Below the pieces are notes generated by a model, which was not told where the DNA came from, did not search any database, and worked only from the letters and a program-made list of their open reading frames with translations. Positions 9,270-19,846 of a stretch of DNA of 64,000 bases are shown piece by piece. The translations under genes were made by a program, and so were the position numbers. Origin of the DNA: Hydrurus foetidus (taxonomy: Eukaryota); assembly GCA_900617105.1 (NCBI GenBank), contig UYFQ01000032.1, positions 372,001 through 436,000 on the forward strand, given 5' to 3'. How positions within the stretch are numbered: position 1 is the stretch's first letter; each line of letters opens with the position of its first letter.

Positions 9270-10196
9270 ATGATTTTTTTTAACGCCCTCGCCCGCCAAC
9301 CCCATCCACCTCGTCGTGCCCCACGGCCCCGCTTTGCTAGCGCTGGCCTGTTCGCTGGCCTGGTGGCTTTGGCCTTGACCGGCCTCACGGCTTGCTCTGG
9401 CGGCGGTGACAGCAAGACGACGACCACCACAGCCACGGCCGTATCCCCCCAGAACACCAGCATGTTCAGCGCCTGCACAACCAAAGGCGCACAGACGGAT
9501 GCCAAGGCCAGCTTGGGTAAATTCATGGTCACGACCAATGTGTGGAACCCCAATTCCGCCAGCGGCTACCACGAGTGCGTGAACGCCAAATACGACAACG
9601 CCACCGGCCTCGTTGATGCCAAAATCACCTGGGACGCGACCCCCCTTGCCAACGAGGTGCTGGCTTACCCCAACCTCGCTTACGGCTGGCAGGTGGGCAC
9701 CGACCAAGGCAGCACCACCCCCAAGCTGCCCGCCACAGTCGGCAATGTGGGCGATTTGACGGCCAGCGGACGGGTGGAGACGGCCTGTGCACCGGGCTCC
9801 ACCTGCACCATGAACACGGCGTTTGAGCTGCTGTTCAGCAACACCCCCACACCGAATGTCTGGCCCCCCACCGCCGAAATCATGGTGTGGCTGCAAGCGA
9901 CTTGCCAAGAATGCAACGCGGGCAAACTGGCCGGTACGGTAACGATAGACGGTGTGATTTTTGACATCTACAAAGGCGCAGTGACCCCCCCCACCGGCAC
10001 GGCTTCGTGGACGTATGTGGCCTATGTCGCCAAAACCACGACCACGCAATTCAGCTTGAACTTCAAAAACTTTTTGAACGACTCGGTGACACGCGGCTAC
10101 ATCAAGACCAGCGACTATCTGGCGGTGGTGGAGCTGGGCACCGAGATCACCAAGGGGCAAGGCACGACGGTTATCAGCGGGTACGGGATTCGCTGA
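9270..10196 (+). CDS. Glycoside hydrolase family 12 (endoglucanase-like) lipoprotein
   Basis: LTAC lipobox, Thr linker, NVWN, AYPN, EIMVWL nucleophile motif, ELGTE acid/base motif. Confidence 0.82.
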   Translation: MIFFNALARQPHPPRRAPRPRFASAGLFAGLVALALTGLTACSGGGDSKTTTTTATAVSPQNTSMFSACTTKGAQTDAKASLGKFMVTTNVWNPNSASGYHECVNAKYDNATGLVDAKITWDATPLANEVLAYPNLAYGWQVGTDQGSTTPKLPATVGNVGDLTASGRVETACAPGSTCTMNTAFELLFSNTPTPNVWPPTAEIMVWLQATCQECNAGKLAGTVTIDGVIFDIYKGAVTPPTGTASWTYVAYVAKTTTTQFSLNFKNFLNDSVTRGYIKTSDYLAVVELGTEITKGQGTTVISGYGIR

Positions 10197-10208
10197 AGTT
10201 CTGGTTTT

Positions 10209-11189
10209 TCAGGTTTTAACTGAGGCCACTGTTTCGGTGGCTTTCAGCTCTGCCTGCAACCACAGCATCACCTCCCCCGGCGTACTCACTGTGCGCAGCG
10301 CCATGAAAGCGGTCTGCGCCTCGGGGTAGCTGCGGCGCAGCATGTTCAGCCACTGTTTCAGCCGTCCCGCGTGGTGGCGCGGCTGGATGTGCTGGCCCAC
10401 CAATTCCCAATACAGCGCGATCAAAGGCAGCAACTTGGCCCAAGGAAACGGATGGACAGCCGTAGCTTGATCGTGTGCCACGATGGCCAACGCCAGACCA
10501 GGGTTGGTCACGATGCCCCGGCCCAGCATCAACGTGGCGCACCCGCTCACCTCACGGCAGCGCACAGCGTCTGCTACCGTCCAGATTTCTCCGTTGGCGA
10601 CGATGGGGATGTTGACCGCATCCCGAATGTCCCGCACCCGTTCCCAGTACGCCGGTGGGCGGTAGCCGTCGGCCTTGGTGCGGGCGTGGACGACCAACTC
10701 TGACGCGCCACCGCTGGCCAGCGCCAGGGCGCACTCTTCGGCACGGCTGTCATCGTTGAAACCCAGACGCATCTTGGCGGACACAGGGATGTGCGCTGGC
10801 ACCGCGCGGCGCACAGCGGCGACGATCTGGTGGAGCAGCTCAGGTTCATCCAACAGGACAGCGCCGCCCCGGTGGTTGATAACGGTCTTGGCCGGGCAAC
10901 CGAAGTTCAGGTCAATGCCTGCCGGGTTCAGCTCTGCAAGCCGAGCGGCGTTTTCGGCCAGACACACCGGGTCTGAACCGAGCAACTGGGGCCGTACCAG
11001 CACGCCCGCCGGGGTGCGGCTGCCGTGCAGCAGCTCGGGCACGATGCGGGTGAACACGCGTTTGGGCAGCAGCATGTCGGTGATGCGGATGAACTCGGAC
11101 ACACAGCGGTCAATGCCGCCCACACGGGTCAGCACATCGCGCAAGGTGTAGTCGAGCAGGCCCTCCATTGGGGCCAAAAGCAAGGTCAT
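10209..11189 (-). CDS. dusC: tRNA-dihydrouridine synthase C
   Basis: LAPMEG, DLNFGCPAKTV, AKMRLG, VHART, ANGEI, GRLKQWL. Confidence 0.92.
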   Translation of the reverse strand: MTLLLAPMEGLLDYTLRDVLTRVGGIDRCVSEFIRITDMLLPKRVFTRIVPELLHGSRTPAGVLVRPQLLGSDPVCLAENAARLAELNPAGIDLNFGCPAKTVINHRGGAVLLDEPELLHQIVAAVRRAVPAHIPVSAKMRLGFNDDSRAEECALALASGGASELVVHARTKADGYRPPAYWERVRDIRDAVNIPIVANGEIWTVADAVRCREVSGCATLMLGRGIVTNPGLALAIVAHDQATAVHPFPWAKLLPLIALYWELVGQHIQPRHHAGRLKQWLNMLRRSYPEAQTAFMALRTVSTPGEVMLWLQAELKATETVASVKT

Positions 11190-11249
11190 GGCAAGCGTAT
11201 CAGCAGGCCTGCGGCAAACCTGGCCTCAAGCTCAACATGGAACCGATTT

Positions 11250-12545
11250 TTAGGCATGAGACAAGCGCCACAGGCTTGTCAACTCAGCGGAACGTGCTAC
11301 AAAAAGAGGATCACTCGCATCCGTCGCCTTGGGGTGCTGAGGACGCACATCAGTGCGGTTGACCACCTTCAGACCGGCGCTGGTGATCCATTCCAGCAGT
11401 TCAGCACGGGTACGCAGCCCCAGGTGTTCAGCCAAATCAGACAAGATCAACCAGCCTTCGCCGTCAACGGCCAAATGCGCAGCCAGACCACTCAAAAAGC
11501 CACGCAACATGCGGCTCTCAGGGTCGTACACGGCGTGTTCGATGGGGGTGCTGGGGCGGGCGGGCAACCAAGGTGGGTTGCAGATGATGAGTTTGGCTTG
11601 GCCGTAGGTGGCCAGTGCGGGGAACAAATCGCACTGCACCAATTCGACCTGATTCACTTGATTCGCAGCACCGCTGCCCAAACAACCCAAGCGTGTCAAA
11701 TTCTCACGCGCACAGGCCAGCGCACGGTCGTCCAGCTCGGTGGCGATGATGCGGGCGGTGTTGGGGCTGGTCATGCGCCGCGCCATCACCGCTGCCAGCA
11801 CGCCGGTGCCGGTGCCGATGTCAAACACCAAGCCATCAAAAGGTTTGCGGTGCGCTTTGCGGCCCGTGGCGGGCAAGGTGGCCTCAGCGACCAGCTTCAG
11901 GTACTCACCCCGCACGGGAGAAAACACGCCGTAATGCGGGTGGATGCGGTTGTCTGGCTCTTCGCCCAAGGCCGGGATTTCAACGCCCTTTTTGCGCCAT
12001 TCATGCGCCCCCACCAAGCCCAACAGCTCGCGCAGAGAAACCATAGATTCCGCAGACGCCACAGCATCAACCGTTCCGCCCGCAGGGGCAACGGCCAGCT
12101 CCGCCGCGCCATAAGCCTCCACGCAAGCCTCACGCCAATCGGGCGCACGGCGCAGCGGGATGCTGTAGTCAGCGGCCAGCGGCATCACCACCATCGCCAG
12201 CAGGCGAGCACGTTGGGATTGGGCTTGGCGGTGCAGGTTGAAAGCGTCACGCGGGGACAGCTCAGGCGCGGGTTTGGCGCGGGCTTTGACTTTGGTGGGC
12301 TTGCGGTCTACGCGCCGCGCCAGGGCTTGCAGCAGTTGGCGGGCGTTTTGAAAGTCCCCGCGCCACAGCAGGGCCGTGCCTTCAGCGGCAAGCCGGTAGG
12401 CGGTGTCAGCATTGAGGGTGTCATCGGCCACCAGCACGCGCTTGGGCGGTGGCGTGCCACTCTCAGAGCGCCAGCGGGCACTGTGGGCGATGCCATTTTC
12501 TGTCCACAGCAATTGAGGAAACGAGGGGGAGTCTGTGGGGTTCAT
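11250..12545 (-). CDS. Class I SAM-dependent methyltransferase (MTS/HemK-like)
   Basis: FDIGTGTG and NPPW motifs; HYGVFSPVRGEY. Confidence 0.85.
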   Translation of the reverse strand: MNPTDSPSFPQLLWTENGIAHSARWRSESGTPPPKRVLVADDTLNADTAYRLAAEGTALLWRGDFQNARQLLQALARRVDRKPTKVKARAKPAPELSPRDAFNLHRQAQSQRARLLAMVVMPLAADYSIPLRRAPDWREACVEAYGAAELAVAPAGGTVDAVASAESMVSLRELLGLVGAHEWRKKGVEIPALGEEPDNRIHPHYGVFSPVRGEYLKLVAEATLPATGRKAHRKPFDGLVFDIGTGTGVLAAVMARRMTSPNTARIIATELDDRALACARENLTRLGCLGSGAANQVNQVELVQCDLFPALATYGQAKLIICNPPWLPARPSTPIEHAVYDPESRMLRGFLSGLAAHLAVDGEGWLILSDLAEHLGLRTRAELLEWITSAGLKVVNRTDVRPQHPKATDASDPLFVARSAELTSLWRLSHA

Positions 12546-12641
12546 GGCAGCAATCAAGGACGAGGGGACAAAAGGGAGCAAAAGGGAACAACGAAAGGGT
12601 CGATTATCGCGGTGCGCACCAAACTCAAATAAACTCAACCC

Positions 12642-13613
12642 ATGCAATTCCTCAACCCCCGCACCGATTTAGCATTCAAGAAAATCTTTGGCTCTGACCA
12701 GAGCAAAGACATCTTGCTGTCGTTCTTGAACGCTGTGCTGACCTTGGCATCCCCGATTGCCGATGTCACCATCGTTGACCCTTACCAAGCGCCCAAGGTG
12801 GTGGGCATGAAGGAATCCGCCGTCGATGTGCGTGCGGTGGACGAGAACGGGCGGCAGTTCATCATTGAGATGCAGGTGCTCAACGTCCACGGGTTCGAGA
12901 AGCGCGTGCTCTACAACGCCTGCAAAGCCTACGCAGGGCAAATCAGCAAGGGTGAGGATTACCCCAAACTCTCGGATGTGATCGCGCTGACCATCACAGA
13001 CTTCACCATGTTCGCCGAGCGCCCCGATGGCATCAACAGCTTCCGGCTCAAAGCGGACGATGGCGGCCTGTACAGCGATGACTTGGAACTGGTGTTCATC
13101 GAACTCCCCAAGTTCCACGGGGAAGAGGCGGATCTGGCAACGATGGATTTGAAAGACAAGTGGCTGTTCTTTTTGAAGCACGCCAAAGACGTATCTATCG
13201 TCCCCGACAGCTTGCAACAAATCCCCTCTTTTGCCCACGCCTTTGCTATCGCCAACCGGGCGGCGTTAACACCCGAGGAAGATGACGAGCAAACCCGGCG
13301 TGAGTATTATATTTTTCAACATAAGGAAATGGCGCGGATGCGCGATGAGACGATGGTGATGCGGGAGAAGGCATTGGCGATGCAAGATGACTTGATGCAG
13401 ACGCTGGCTAAGGGCAAGGCCGAGGGCAAGGCTGAGGGCAAGGCTGAGGGCAAGGCTGAGGGCAAGGCTGAGGGCAAAACCGAAGGCGCACGTGAAACCG
13501 CTGTAACCATCGCCAAATCACTGTTGCCCAGGATGCCTAACGACGCAGACATTGCAGCGGTGACTGGACTTACTGCAGCGGAGGTTTCTGCCCTGCGGCT
13601 GAGTCAGGATTGA
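12642..13613 (+). CDS. Rpn family PD-(D/E)XK nuclease / putative transposase
   Basis: DLAFKKIFG, VDVRAVD, IIEMQ, FIELPKF, C-terminal (GKAE)n and IAAVTGLT helix. Confidence 0.9.
   Translation: MQFLNPRTDLAFKKIFGSDQSKDILLSFLNAVLTLASPIADVTIVDPYQAPKVVGMKESAVDVRAVDENGRQFIIEMQVLNVHGFEKRVLYNACKAYAGQISKGEDYPKLSDVIALTITDFTMFAERPDGINSFRLKADDGGLYSDDLELVFIELPKFHGEEADLATMDLKDKWLFFLKHAKDVSIVPDSLQQIPSFAHAFAIANRAALTPEEDDEQTRREYYIFQHKEMARMRDETMVMREKALAMQDDLMQTLAKGKAEGKAEGKAEGKAEGKAEGKTEGARETAVTIAKSLLPRMPNDADIAAVTGLTAAEVSALRLSQD
13413..13484 (+). repeat. 12-bp tandem repeat (GGCAAGGCTGAG, 5 units plus 1 degenerate) encoding GKAE
   Basis: Directly visible. Confidence 0.95.
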
Positions 13614-13747
13614 CATGGCGCTTCTGAATTCATAGCTCGATGTGCAAGTTTGCCGTCAATAACTGTTGAAAAGCACCCAGCCTATGCGCTACAGTTGTGC
13701 GTTCGCTAACCGCATACCCATCATCTCAATCACAGAAGGAGCTCATC

Positions 13748-13885
13748 ATGGCAAAAGGAATGCAAAGTCAAAAAATGGTCAAGAAACCTAAGAAGGACTT
13801 AACCCCCCCCAAGGCGATTTCACCCGATGCGGTGAAGCCTACCGTCACCACAGTGGTGCCGATCAAGGGCAAGCTGAAGAAGTAA
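13748..13885 (+). CDS. Small Lys-rich hypothetical protein (45 aa)
   Basis: AAGGAG RBS, ATG at 13748, downstream terminator. Confidence 0.7.
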   Translation: MAKGMQSQKMVKKPKKDLTPPKAISPDAVKPTVTTVVPIKGKLKK

Positions 13886-13911
13886 ATTCGCTATCAACGC
13901 ACAGCAGCAAG

Positions 13912-13949
13912 GTCACAGTAGCGATTCACACGCACTGTGGCTTTTTTTT
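13912..13949 (+). terminator. Probable intrinsic terminator
   Basis: GTCACAGT...ACTGTGGC stem followed by T8. Confidence 0.55.
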
Positions 13950-14061
13950 CGCCTTATTCCCAGACACAAGGCGGTTGTCCAGGCAAGATGCTTCGGGCTA
14001 ACGCTCGGAAGATTGCCCGAAATACTGCACTGAAACCGCACTGAACCACTGAAAAATCAAC

Positions 14062-14868
14062 ATGACCCACCGCCGCACTACCTGGAAATCACTTGCCCTC
14101 TCTGGCCTGATGGCACTGGGCGCACTGGCTACCACCCTTACCACCACGCTTACCCACGCAGCCGACATATACGTAATGTCCTCGGGCGGTTTCACCGAAG
14201 CCTACAAGCAGCTCACACCTGAGTTTGAGCGCAGCACAGCACACAAGGTGGTGTCATCGTACGGTGCGTCAATGGGTGGAGCCCCCGACTCCATACCCAG
14301 CCGCCTGGGGCGTGACGAACCCGCTGACGTGGTGATATTGGCGGCTCCCGCCCTGGATGCGTTGATTGCAGCAGGCAAAGTCCGTGCGGGCAGTCGGGTG
14401 GATTTGGTGCGCTCCAGCATTGGCATGTCGGTCAAAGCAGGGGCACCCAAGCCGGACATCAGCACGCTGGAAGCTTTCAAAAGCACCCTGCTGGCCGCCA
14501 AATCCATCGCCTACTCGGCCAGCGCCAGTGGCACCTACTTTTCAACCGACATGCTGAAAAACTTGGGACTGGCTGAACAAGTGCTGCCCAAAACCAAGCG
14601 CATCGTCAGCGAGCGCGTGGGCACAGCGGTGGCACGGGGGGATGCTGAAATCGGTTTGCAGCAAATCAGTGAACTTCTGCCCTTGCCGGGGTTGGACTTT
14701 TTGGGGCCGATTCCGGCTGAGGTGCAGTTGGTAACGATTTTCAGCGCAGGTATCGCGACAAGCTCCAAATCACCCGAACAAGCGCAGCAACTCATCAAGT
14801 ACCTTTCCTCTGCGGCAGTGGCACCAACGATTGCTAAAACCGGGCTGGAACCAATCACCGCGCCTTGA
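14062..14868 (+). CDS. ModA-like (SBP_bac_11) periplasmic substrate-binding protein, standalone
   Basis: Signal peptide; SSGGF, GASMG, YSASASG, GLQQISEL. Confidence 0.82.
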   Translation: MTHRRTTWKSLALSGLMALGALATTLTTTLTHAADIYVMSSGGFTEAYKQLTPEFERSTAHKVVSSYGASMGGAPDSIPSRLGRDEPADVVILAAPALDALIAAGKVRAGSRVDLVRSSIGMSVKAGAPKPDISTLEAFKSTLLAAKSIAYSASASGTYFSTDMLKNLGLAEQVLPKTKRIVSERVGTAVARGDAEIGLQQISELLPLPGLDFLGPIPAEVQLVTIFSAGIATSSKSPEQAQQLIKYLSSAAVAPTIAKTGLEPITAP

Positions 14869-14891
14869 TAGCCAGGGTTAGCTGCCACGCC

Positions 14892-15617
14892 TCAAGCATC
14901 CAGCTGCCCACCCACCATGCGCAGCACCCGGCTGCACCGTGCGGCCAAGGTTTGGTCGTGCGTGACCAGCACAAACGCTGTGCCTTGGTCACGCGCGAGT
15001 TGCAGCATCAAATCAAACACACCTTCGGCAGACGCACGGTCTAAGTTGCCTGTGGGCTCGTCAGCCAGCACGCAGGCCGGGCGCGTGACCAGCGCACGGG
15101 CAATCGCCACGCGCTGACGCTCGCCACCAGAAAGCTCTGCCGGGCGGTGCAGCAAGCGCTCTTTCAGCCCCACCAGCGCCAACATCTCAGCCGCCTGCGC
15201 TGCGGACTGCTCAGGGGCCATGCGGCGAATCCACAGTGGCATGGCCACGTTGTCACGGGCGCTGAACTCGGGCAGCAGGTGGTGAAACTGGTAGACAAAG
15301 CCCAAATGCTGGTTGCGCAACGCGCCTTGCGCCGCACCGCTGAGCTGCGACAGGTCTTGCCCCTTCAGATGCACCTTGCCGCTGGTCGGTGCGTCCAGAC
15401 CACCCAGCAGGTGCAGCAGCGTACTCTTGCCGGAGCCAGACGCGCCCACGATGGCGACGGTTTCACCGGCGTGGACGGTCAGGTTCACACCCCGCAGCAC
15501 GGTGACATCGAGACGGCCTTCGGTGAAGCGTTTGCTGACGGCAGTGGCTTGAACCACCGGTTCTTGGGAGGGGGTTTTGGAAGATTCTTTAAATTTCATT
15601 GGAGCAAGTTCACTCAT
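14892..15617 (-). CDS. lolD: Lipoprotein-releasing ABC ATPase LolD
   Basis: [37 protein letters not shown]. Confidence 0.93.
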   Translation of the reverse strand: MSELAPMKFKESSKTPSQEPVVQATAVSKRFTEGRLDVTVLRGVNLTVHAGETVAIVGASGSGKSTLLHLLGGLDAPTSGKVHLKGQDLSQLSGAAQGALRNQHLGFVYQFHHLLPEFSARDNVAMPLWIRRMAPEQSAAQAAEMLALVGLKERLLHRPAELSGGERQRVAIARALVTRPACVLADEPTGNLDRASAEGVFDLMLQLARDQGTAFVLVTHDQTLAARCSRVLRMVGGQLDA

Positions 15618-16872
15618 AACGCAGCGCCTCCGCCGGGTTCACGCGGCTGGCACGCCAACTCGGGTACAGCGTCGCCACAAACGACAGCACCAGGGCGATG
15701 AGCGCAATCGGCACGATGTCGCCACTTTGCGGGTCGCTGGGCATGCGGCTGATGAGGTACACATCGGCGGGCAAGAAACGCGCTTGCAGCAAGCGCTCCA
15801 GCGCGGGCACCAGCACATCAATGTTGAAAGCGATCATCAGCCCCAGCCCCAAACCGGCCAACGTGCCCATCACACCCACCATCGCGCCCTGCACCACAAA
15901 AATCTTCATGATGCTGCGCGGGCTGGCCCCCAGGGTGCGCAGGATGGCAATGTCAGCGCGTTTGTCCGTCACCGTCATCACCAGGGTGCTGACCAAATTG
16001 AATGCCGCCACGGCGACGATCAGCGTCAGGATGATGAACATCATGCGTTTTTCGAGTTGCACGGCTGCGAACCAGGTGCGGTTTTGCTGCGTCCAGTCGC
16101 GCATGAAGACTTCTGTACCGAGTTGCTCAGCCAGTTGACGGCCCACGCGGCGGGCTTGGTGCAAATCTTGGAGCTTGACGCGGATACCGCTGGGGCCTTC
16201 CAGGCGAAAAATGCGGGCTGCATCGGCAAGGTGGATCAGCGCGAGGCTGGAATCGTATTCATAGTGCCCTGAATCGAAAGTGCCCACCACCGTCATTTGT
16301 TTCAGGCGCGGCACCACGCCCGCCGGGGTCACTTGGCCACTGGGGGCGACCAGCGTCACTTTGTCACCCGTCACCACGCCCATAGACCGGGCCAGCTCAC
16401 CGCCCAGCACGATACCGAATTCACCGGGGGTGAGCTTGTCCAACGCCGAGGGAGCAGCGCTGTGCCCCTGCATCAGGTCAGTGACTTGCGATTCCAGCGC
16501 CGGGTCTATGCCACGAACCACGGCACCTTTCATCTCTTCACCGCGCGCCAGCAGGGCTTGGGACGCTATGAAAGGTGCAGCACCCACCACATCCGGGTGT
16601 TGCCGCACTTTGGCCAGACTGGCCTCCAGATTCGGCAAGGCACCACCACCTGCGGCGTAAATTTCGATGTGCGACACCACACTCAGCATGCGGTCTAGCA
16701 CCTCTTTTTGGAAGCCATTCATCACGCTCAGCACGATGATGAGGGCCGCCACGCCCAGCGCGATGCCCAGCATGGACACCCCAGAAATAAAAGAAATAAA
16801 GCCATTGCGCCGGGTGGCTCGCCCAGCGCGGGTGTAGCGCCAGCCCAGGGTCAGTTCGTAAGGGAATTGCAT
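15610..16872 (-). CDS. lolC: Lipoprotein-releasing ABC permease LolC/E
   Basis: [41 protein letters not shown]. Confidence 0.92.
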   Translation of the reverse strand: MQFPYELTLGWRYTRAGRATRRNGFISFISGVSMLGIALGVAALIIVLSVMNGFQKEVLDRMLSVVSHIEIYAAGGGALPNLEASLAKVRQHPDVVGAAPFIASQALLARGEEMKGAVVRGIDPALESQVTDLMQGHSAAPSALDKLTPGEFGIVLGGELARSMGVVTGDKVTLVAPSGQVTPAGVVPRLKQMTVVGTFDSGHYEYDSSLALIHLADAARIFRLEGPSGIRVKLQDLHQARRVGRQLAEQLGTEVFMRDWTQQNRTWFAAVQLEKRMMFIILTLIVAVAAFNLVSTLVMTVTDKRADIAILRTLGASPRSIMKIFVVQGAMVGVMGTLAGLGLGLMIAFNIDVLVPALERLLQARFLPADVYLISRMPSDPQSGDIVPIALIALVLSFVATLYPSWRASRVNPAEALRYE

Positions 16873-16981
16873 GGGGTGATTCTGGCATGATGCCCACAAA
16901 CTAGAATTGAAGTCCCTAGAGCGGTAAGCTGATACGCCAACTTTGCCAGACAACCGCAGCCCTCTACGCCCCAAAGTCGCT

Positions 16982-18094
16982 ATGCACTTGTTGATTCCCT
17001 ACGCCAGCAGCCGCTCACCCGGTATTGATGCTGCGCTGCACTCGCTCAAGCTGCCCAACCTGGAGCGCGTGCTGACCTTGTTCCCCCTGCTCTACATTGA
17101 CGAAGGCGATACCTCCAGCTTTTCGCCCCCCCACGAACGCGCCCACGCCCGCGCGCTGACCGGCATCGACAAGCCCCCGCGCTATGACGATGGTCGCTTC
17201 CCTTGGGCGACATGGCATGTGCTGCAACAAACCCAAACTTTTGACCGCACCGCCGCCTGGGCCTTCATCACCCCTTGCCGCTGGGATGTGGCGGCTGACC
17301 ATATCCGCATGGGCGACCCTGCCGCACTGAACCTGAGTGAAACAGAATCTTTGGCGCTGCTCGAAGCCATGCGCCCCTATTTCGCCGAAGACGGCATCGC
17401 CCTCAGCTACGACAGCCCTACCCGCTGGCTCGCCACCGGGGATGTATTTCGGGGGCTTTCGACCGCCTCGCTCGACCGGGTGATTGGCCAAAGCGTGGAA
17501 CGCTGGGTGCCCGAAGCCGCCCAAGCCCGCCCACTGCGCCGCCTGCAAAACGAAATGCAAATGCTGCTGTACACCCACCCGGTGAACGACCAGCGCACCG
17601 CTTTGGGCTTGCTCGAAATCAACTCGTTTTGGATCAGCGGCACAGGGCGCGAATCGGCCTTGGTCGGTGCCCCGCTGCATGCGAGCTTGGATTCGAGTTT
17701 TGATTGGGCCTCAGAATCCCAATTCATCCCCGCCGCGCCCGAAGACCACTGGCACGATGCTCAACCGAACTCCCCTGGCATGCCGCCCTCGTTGGACGCG
17801 CTCACCGTCCACATCCCCCAAGCCCTGCGCGAAGCCTCCTTGCGCGACGACGGAGCCGCCTGGGCCAAGGCTTGGCAGCACATCGACGCCACTTACTGCC
17901 TGGATTTGCTGCGTGCCGAGCAAAACGCAGGCCTGCCGACACCCGAATGCCCCCTGCCGCAGCTCACGCTGTGCGGCGAGCGCAATGCCTACACATTCCA
18001 GGCCGTGCCGCAAACCAAGCTGTCGCGTTGGTCTAAGCGAATTTCAAGCCAAATCAACCGAAAACCTATACAGAGCATGCTAGAGAAGCTATGA
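16982..18094 (+). CDS. Conserved protein upstream of recJ (phosphoglycerate-mutase-like)
   Basis: LQNEMQMLLYTHPVN...INSFWISG motif; position between lolC and recJ. Confidence 0.7.
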   Translation: MHLLIPYASSRSPGIDAALHSLKLPNLERVLTLFPLLYIDEGDTSSFSPPHERAHARALTGIDKPPRYDDGRFPWATWHVLQQTQTFDRTAAWAFITPCRWDVAADHIRMGDPAALNLSETESLALLEAMRPYFAEDGIALSYDSPTRWLATGDVFRGLSTASLDRVIGQSVERWVPEAAQARPLRRLQNEMQMLLYTHPVNDQRTALGLLEINSFWISGTGRESALVGAPLHASLDSSFDWASESQFIPAAPEDHWHDAQPNSPGMPPSLDALTVHIPQALREASLRDDGAAWAKAWQHIDATYCLDLLRAEQNAGLPTPECPLPQLTLCGERNAYTFQAVPQTKLSRWSKRISSQINRKPIQSMLEKL

Positions 18095-19815
18095 AAATTG
18101 AAGTGCGTGATGCCCCTCCCCGCGCCGTTTGGGCCTTGGAGCAAGCCGGTGTCCACCCCCTCCTGGCCCGCCTGTTTGCCGCCCGAGGGATGCTCAGCAA
18201 AGACGAACTCGACGAAGGCCTCGCCCGCCTGCTCCCCCCCAGCACCCTCCTTGGCGCGGCCCTTGCCGCCGTGATGCTGGCCGATGCCATCCACCAGCAC
18301 AAAAAACTCTGCATCGTGGCCGACTACGACTGCGACGGGGCCACCGCCTGCGCCGTCGCCGTGCGCGGCCTGCGCCTGCTGGGTGCCCGCCACGCCAGCT
18401 ACCTCGTGCCTGACCGCGTGGTCGATGGCTACGGCCTCACGCCGCCCATCTCAGAGCGCGTGAAAGCCAGCGGTGCCGACATGCTCATCACCGTGGACAA
18501 CGGCATCGCCAGCGTCGAAGGTGTCGCCACCGCCAAAGCCCTGGGCCTGGACGTGCTCGTCACCGACCACCACCTGCCCGGCGTGAAAGACGGCCAGATT
18601 TTTCTGCCCAACGCCGATGTGATCGTCAACCCCAACCAGCCCGGCTGCGGCTTCGAGAGCAAAAGCATCGCCGGTGTCGGTGTGATGTTCTACGTGCTGC
18701 TCGCGCTGCGGGCCGAATTGCGCCAGCGCGGTGTCTTTACCGCTGAAAACCAGCCCAAACTCGACACACTGCTGCCGCTCGTCGCCCTGGGCACCGTGGC
18801 CGATGTGGTCAAGCTTGACGCCAACAACCGCCGCCTCGTCGCCCAAGGCTTGAAGCGCGTGCGTGCCGGTGCGCTGCCTGCGGGCATGGCCGCGCTGTTC
18901 ACCGTGGCTGGCCGCAAAGCCAATGCCGTGACCACCTTCGATTTCGGCTTTGCTCTGGGCCCCCGCATCAACGCCGCTGGCCGCCTGAGCGACATGACGC
19001 TGGGCATTGAATGCCTGCTGACCGACGACCCCAGCCGCGCCGAGATGCTGGCCAAACAGCTCGATGCCATCAACCGCGAGCGCCGCGAGATCGAAGGCGG
19101 CATGCGCGAACAAGCCTTTGCCATCGCCGAAACCTTGTTCGACGATGCTGATGAGCCACCGCCCGCCATCTGCGTCTTCGACCCCGATTTCCACGAAGGC
19201 GTGGTCGGCATCGTCGCCAGCCGCATCAAAGACAAGCTGCACCGCCCCACCTTCGTGTTCGCCGCCAGTGCCGCCCCCGGCAAAGAGCACGAACTCAAAG
19301 GCTCAGGCCGCTCCATCCCCGGCTTCCATTTGCGCGACGCCCTCGATCTGGTCGCCAAACGCCACCCCGGCGTGCTGCTGCGCTTCGGTGGCCACGCGAT
19401 GGCCGCAGGCTGCACCATCGCCGAAGAGCAGTTTGACCAGTTCGAGCAAGCCTTAGCCCAAGTCGCCCTGGAATGGCTGACCGCCGCCACCCTCGCCCGC
19501 CGCATCGAGACCGATGGCCCCCTGAACCCTGAATACCGCCGCGTCGAGCTGGTAGACACCCTGCACAAAGAAGTCTGGGGCCAAGGCTTTGCGCCGCCCA
19601 CGTTCAGCGAAGAAGTGGAAGTGGTGTCGCAACGCTTGGTGGGTGAAAAGCACCTGTCCTTGAAACTCAAACACCAAGGCCAACCCGTGGACGGCATCTG
19701 GTTCGGCCACACCGATCCACTGCCCTCACGGGTGAAATTGGCGTTCCGGCTGGACGCGGACGAGTGGCAGGGGGTTCGGAAGGTGAAGTTTTTGATTGAG
19801 GGGGCAGAGGTTTAG
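18091..19815 (+). CDS. recJ: ssDNA-specific exonuclease RecJ
   Basis: DYDCDG, TVDNG, TDHH, GPRINAAGR, GGHAMAAG. Confidence 0.96.
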   Translation: MKIEVRDAPPRAVWALEQAGVHPLLARLFAARGMLSKDELDEGLARLLPPSTLLGAALAAVMLADAIHQHKKLCIVADYDCDGATACAVAVRGLRLLGARHASYLVPDRVVDGYGLTPPISERVKASGADMLITVDNGIASVEGVATAKALGLDVLVTDHHLPGVKDGQIFLPNADVIVNPNQPGCGFESKSIAGVGVMFYVLLALRAELRQRGVFTAENQPKLDTLLPLVALGTVADVVKLDANNRRLVAQGLKRVRAGALPAGMAALFTVAGRKANAVTTFDFGFALGPRINAAGRLSDMTLGIECLLTDDPSRAEMLAKQLDAINRERREIEGGMREQAFAIAETLFDDADEPPPAICVFDPDFHEGVVGIVASRIKDKLHRPTFVFAASAAPGKEHELKGSGRSIPGFHLRDALDLVAKRHPGVLLRFGGHAMAAGCTIAEEQFDQFEQALAQVALEWLTAATLARRIETDGPLNPEYRRVELVDTLHKEVWGQGFAPPTFSEEVEVVSQRLVGEKHLSLKLKHQGQPVDGIWFGHTDPLPSRVKLAFRLDADEWQGVRKVKFLIEGAEV

Positions 19816-19846
19816 GGGTGATGTTTAGGGGTGAGACAATCCACAG

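Noticed and set aside
10225..10241. GCCACTGTTTCGGTGGC (and GCTTGAATTTTGATACT at 28801) as further copies of the 17-bp motif
   Set aside because: Correct length but degenerate and without a clear arm; not counted
13413..13484. CRISPR array
   Set aside because: In-frame coding tandem repeat without spacers; no CRISPR array or cas gene seen in the window
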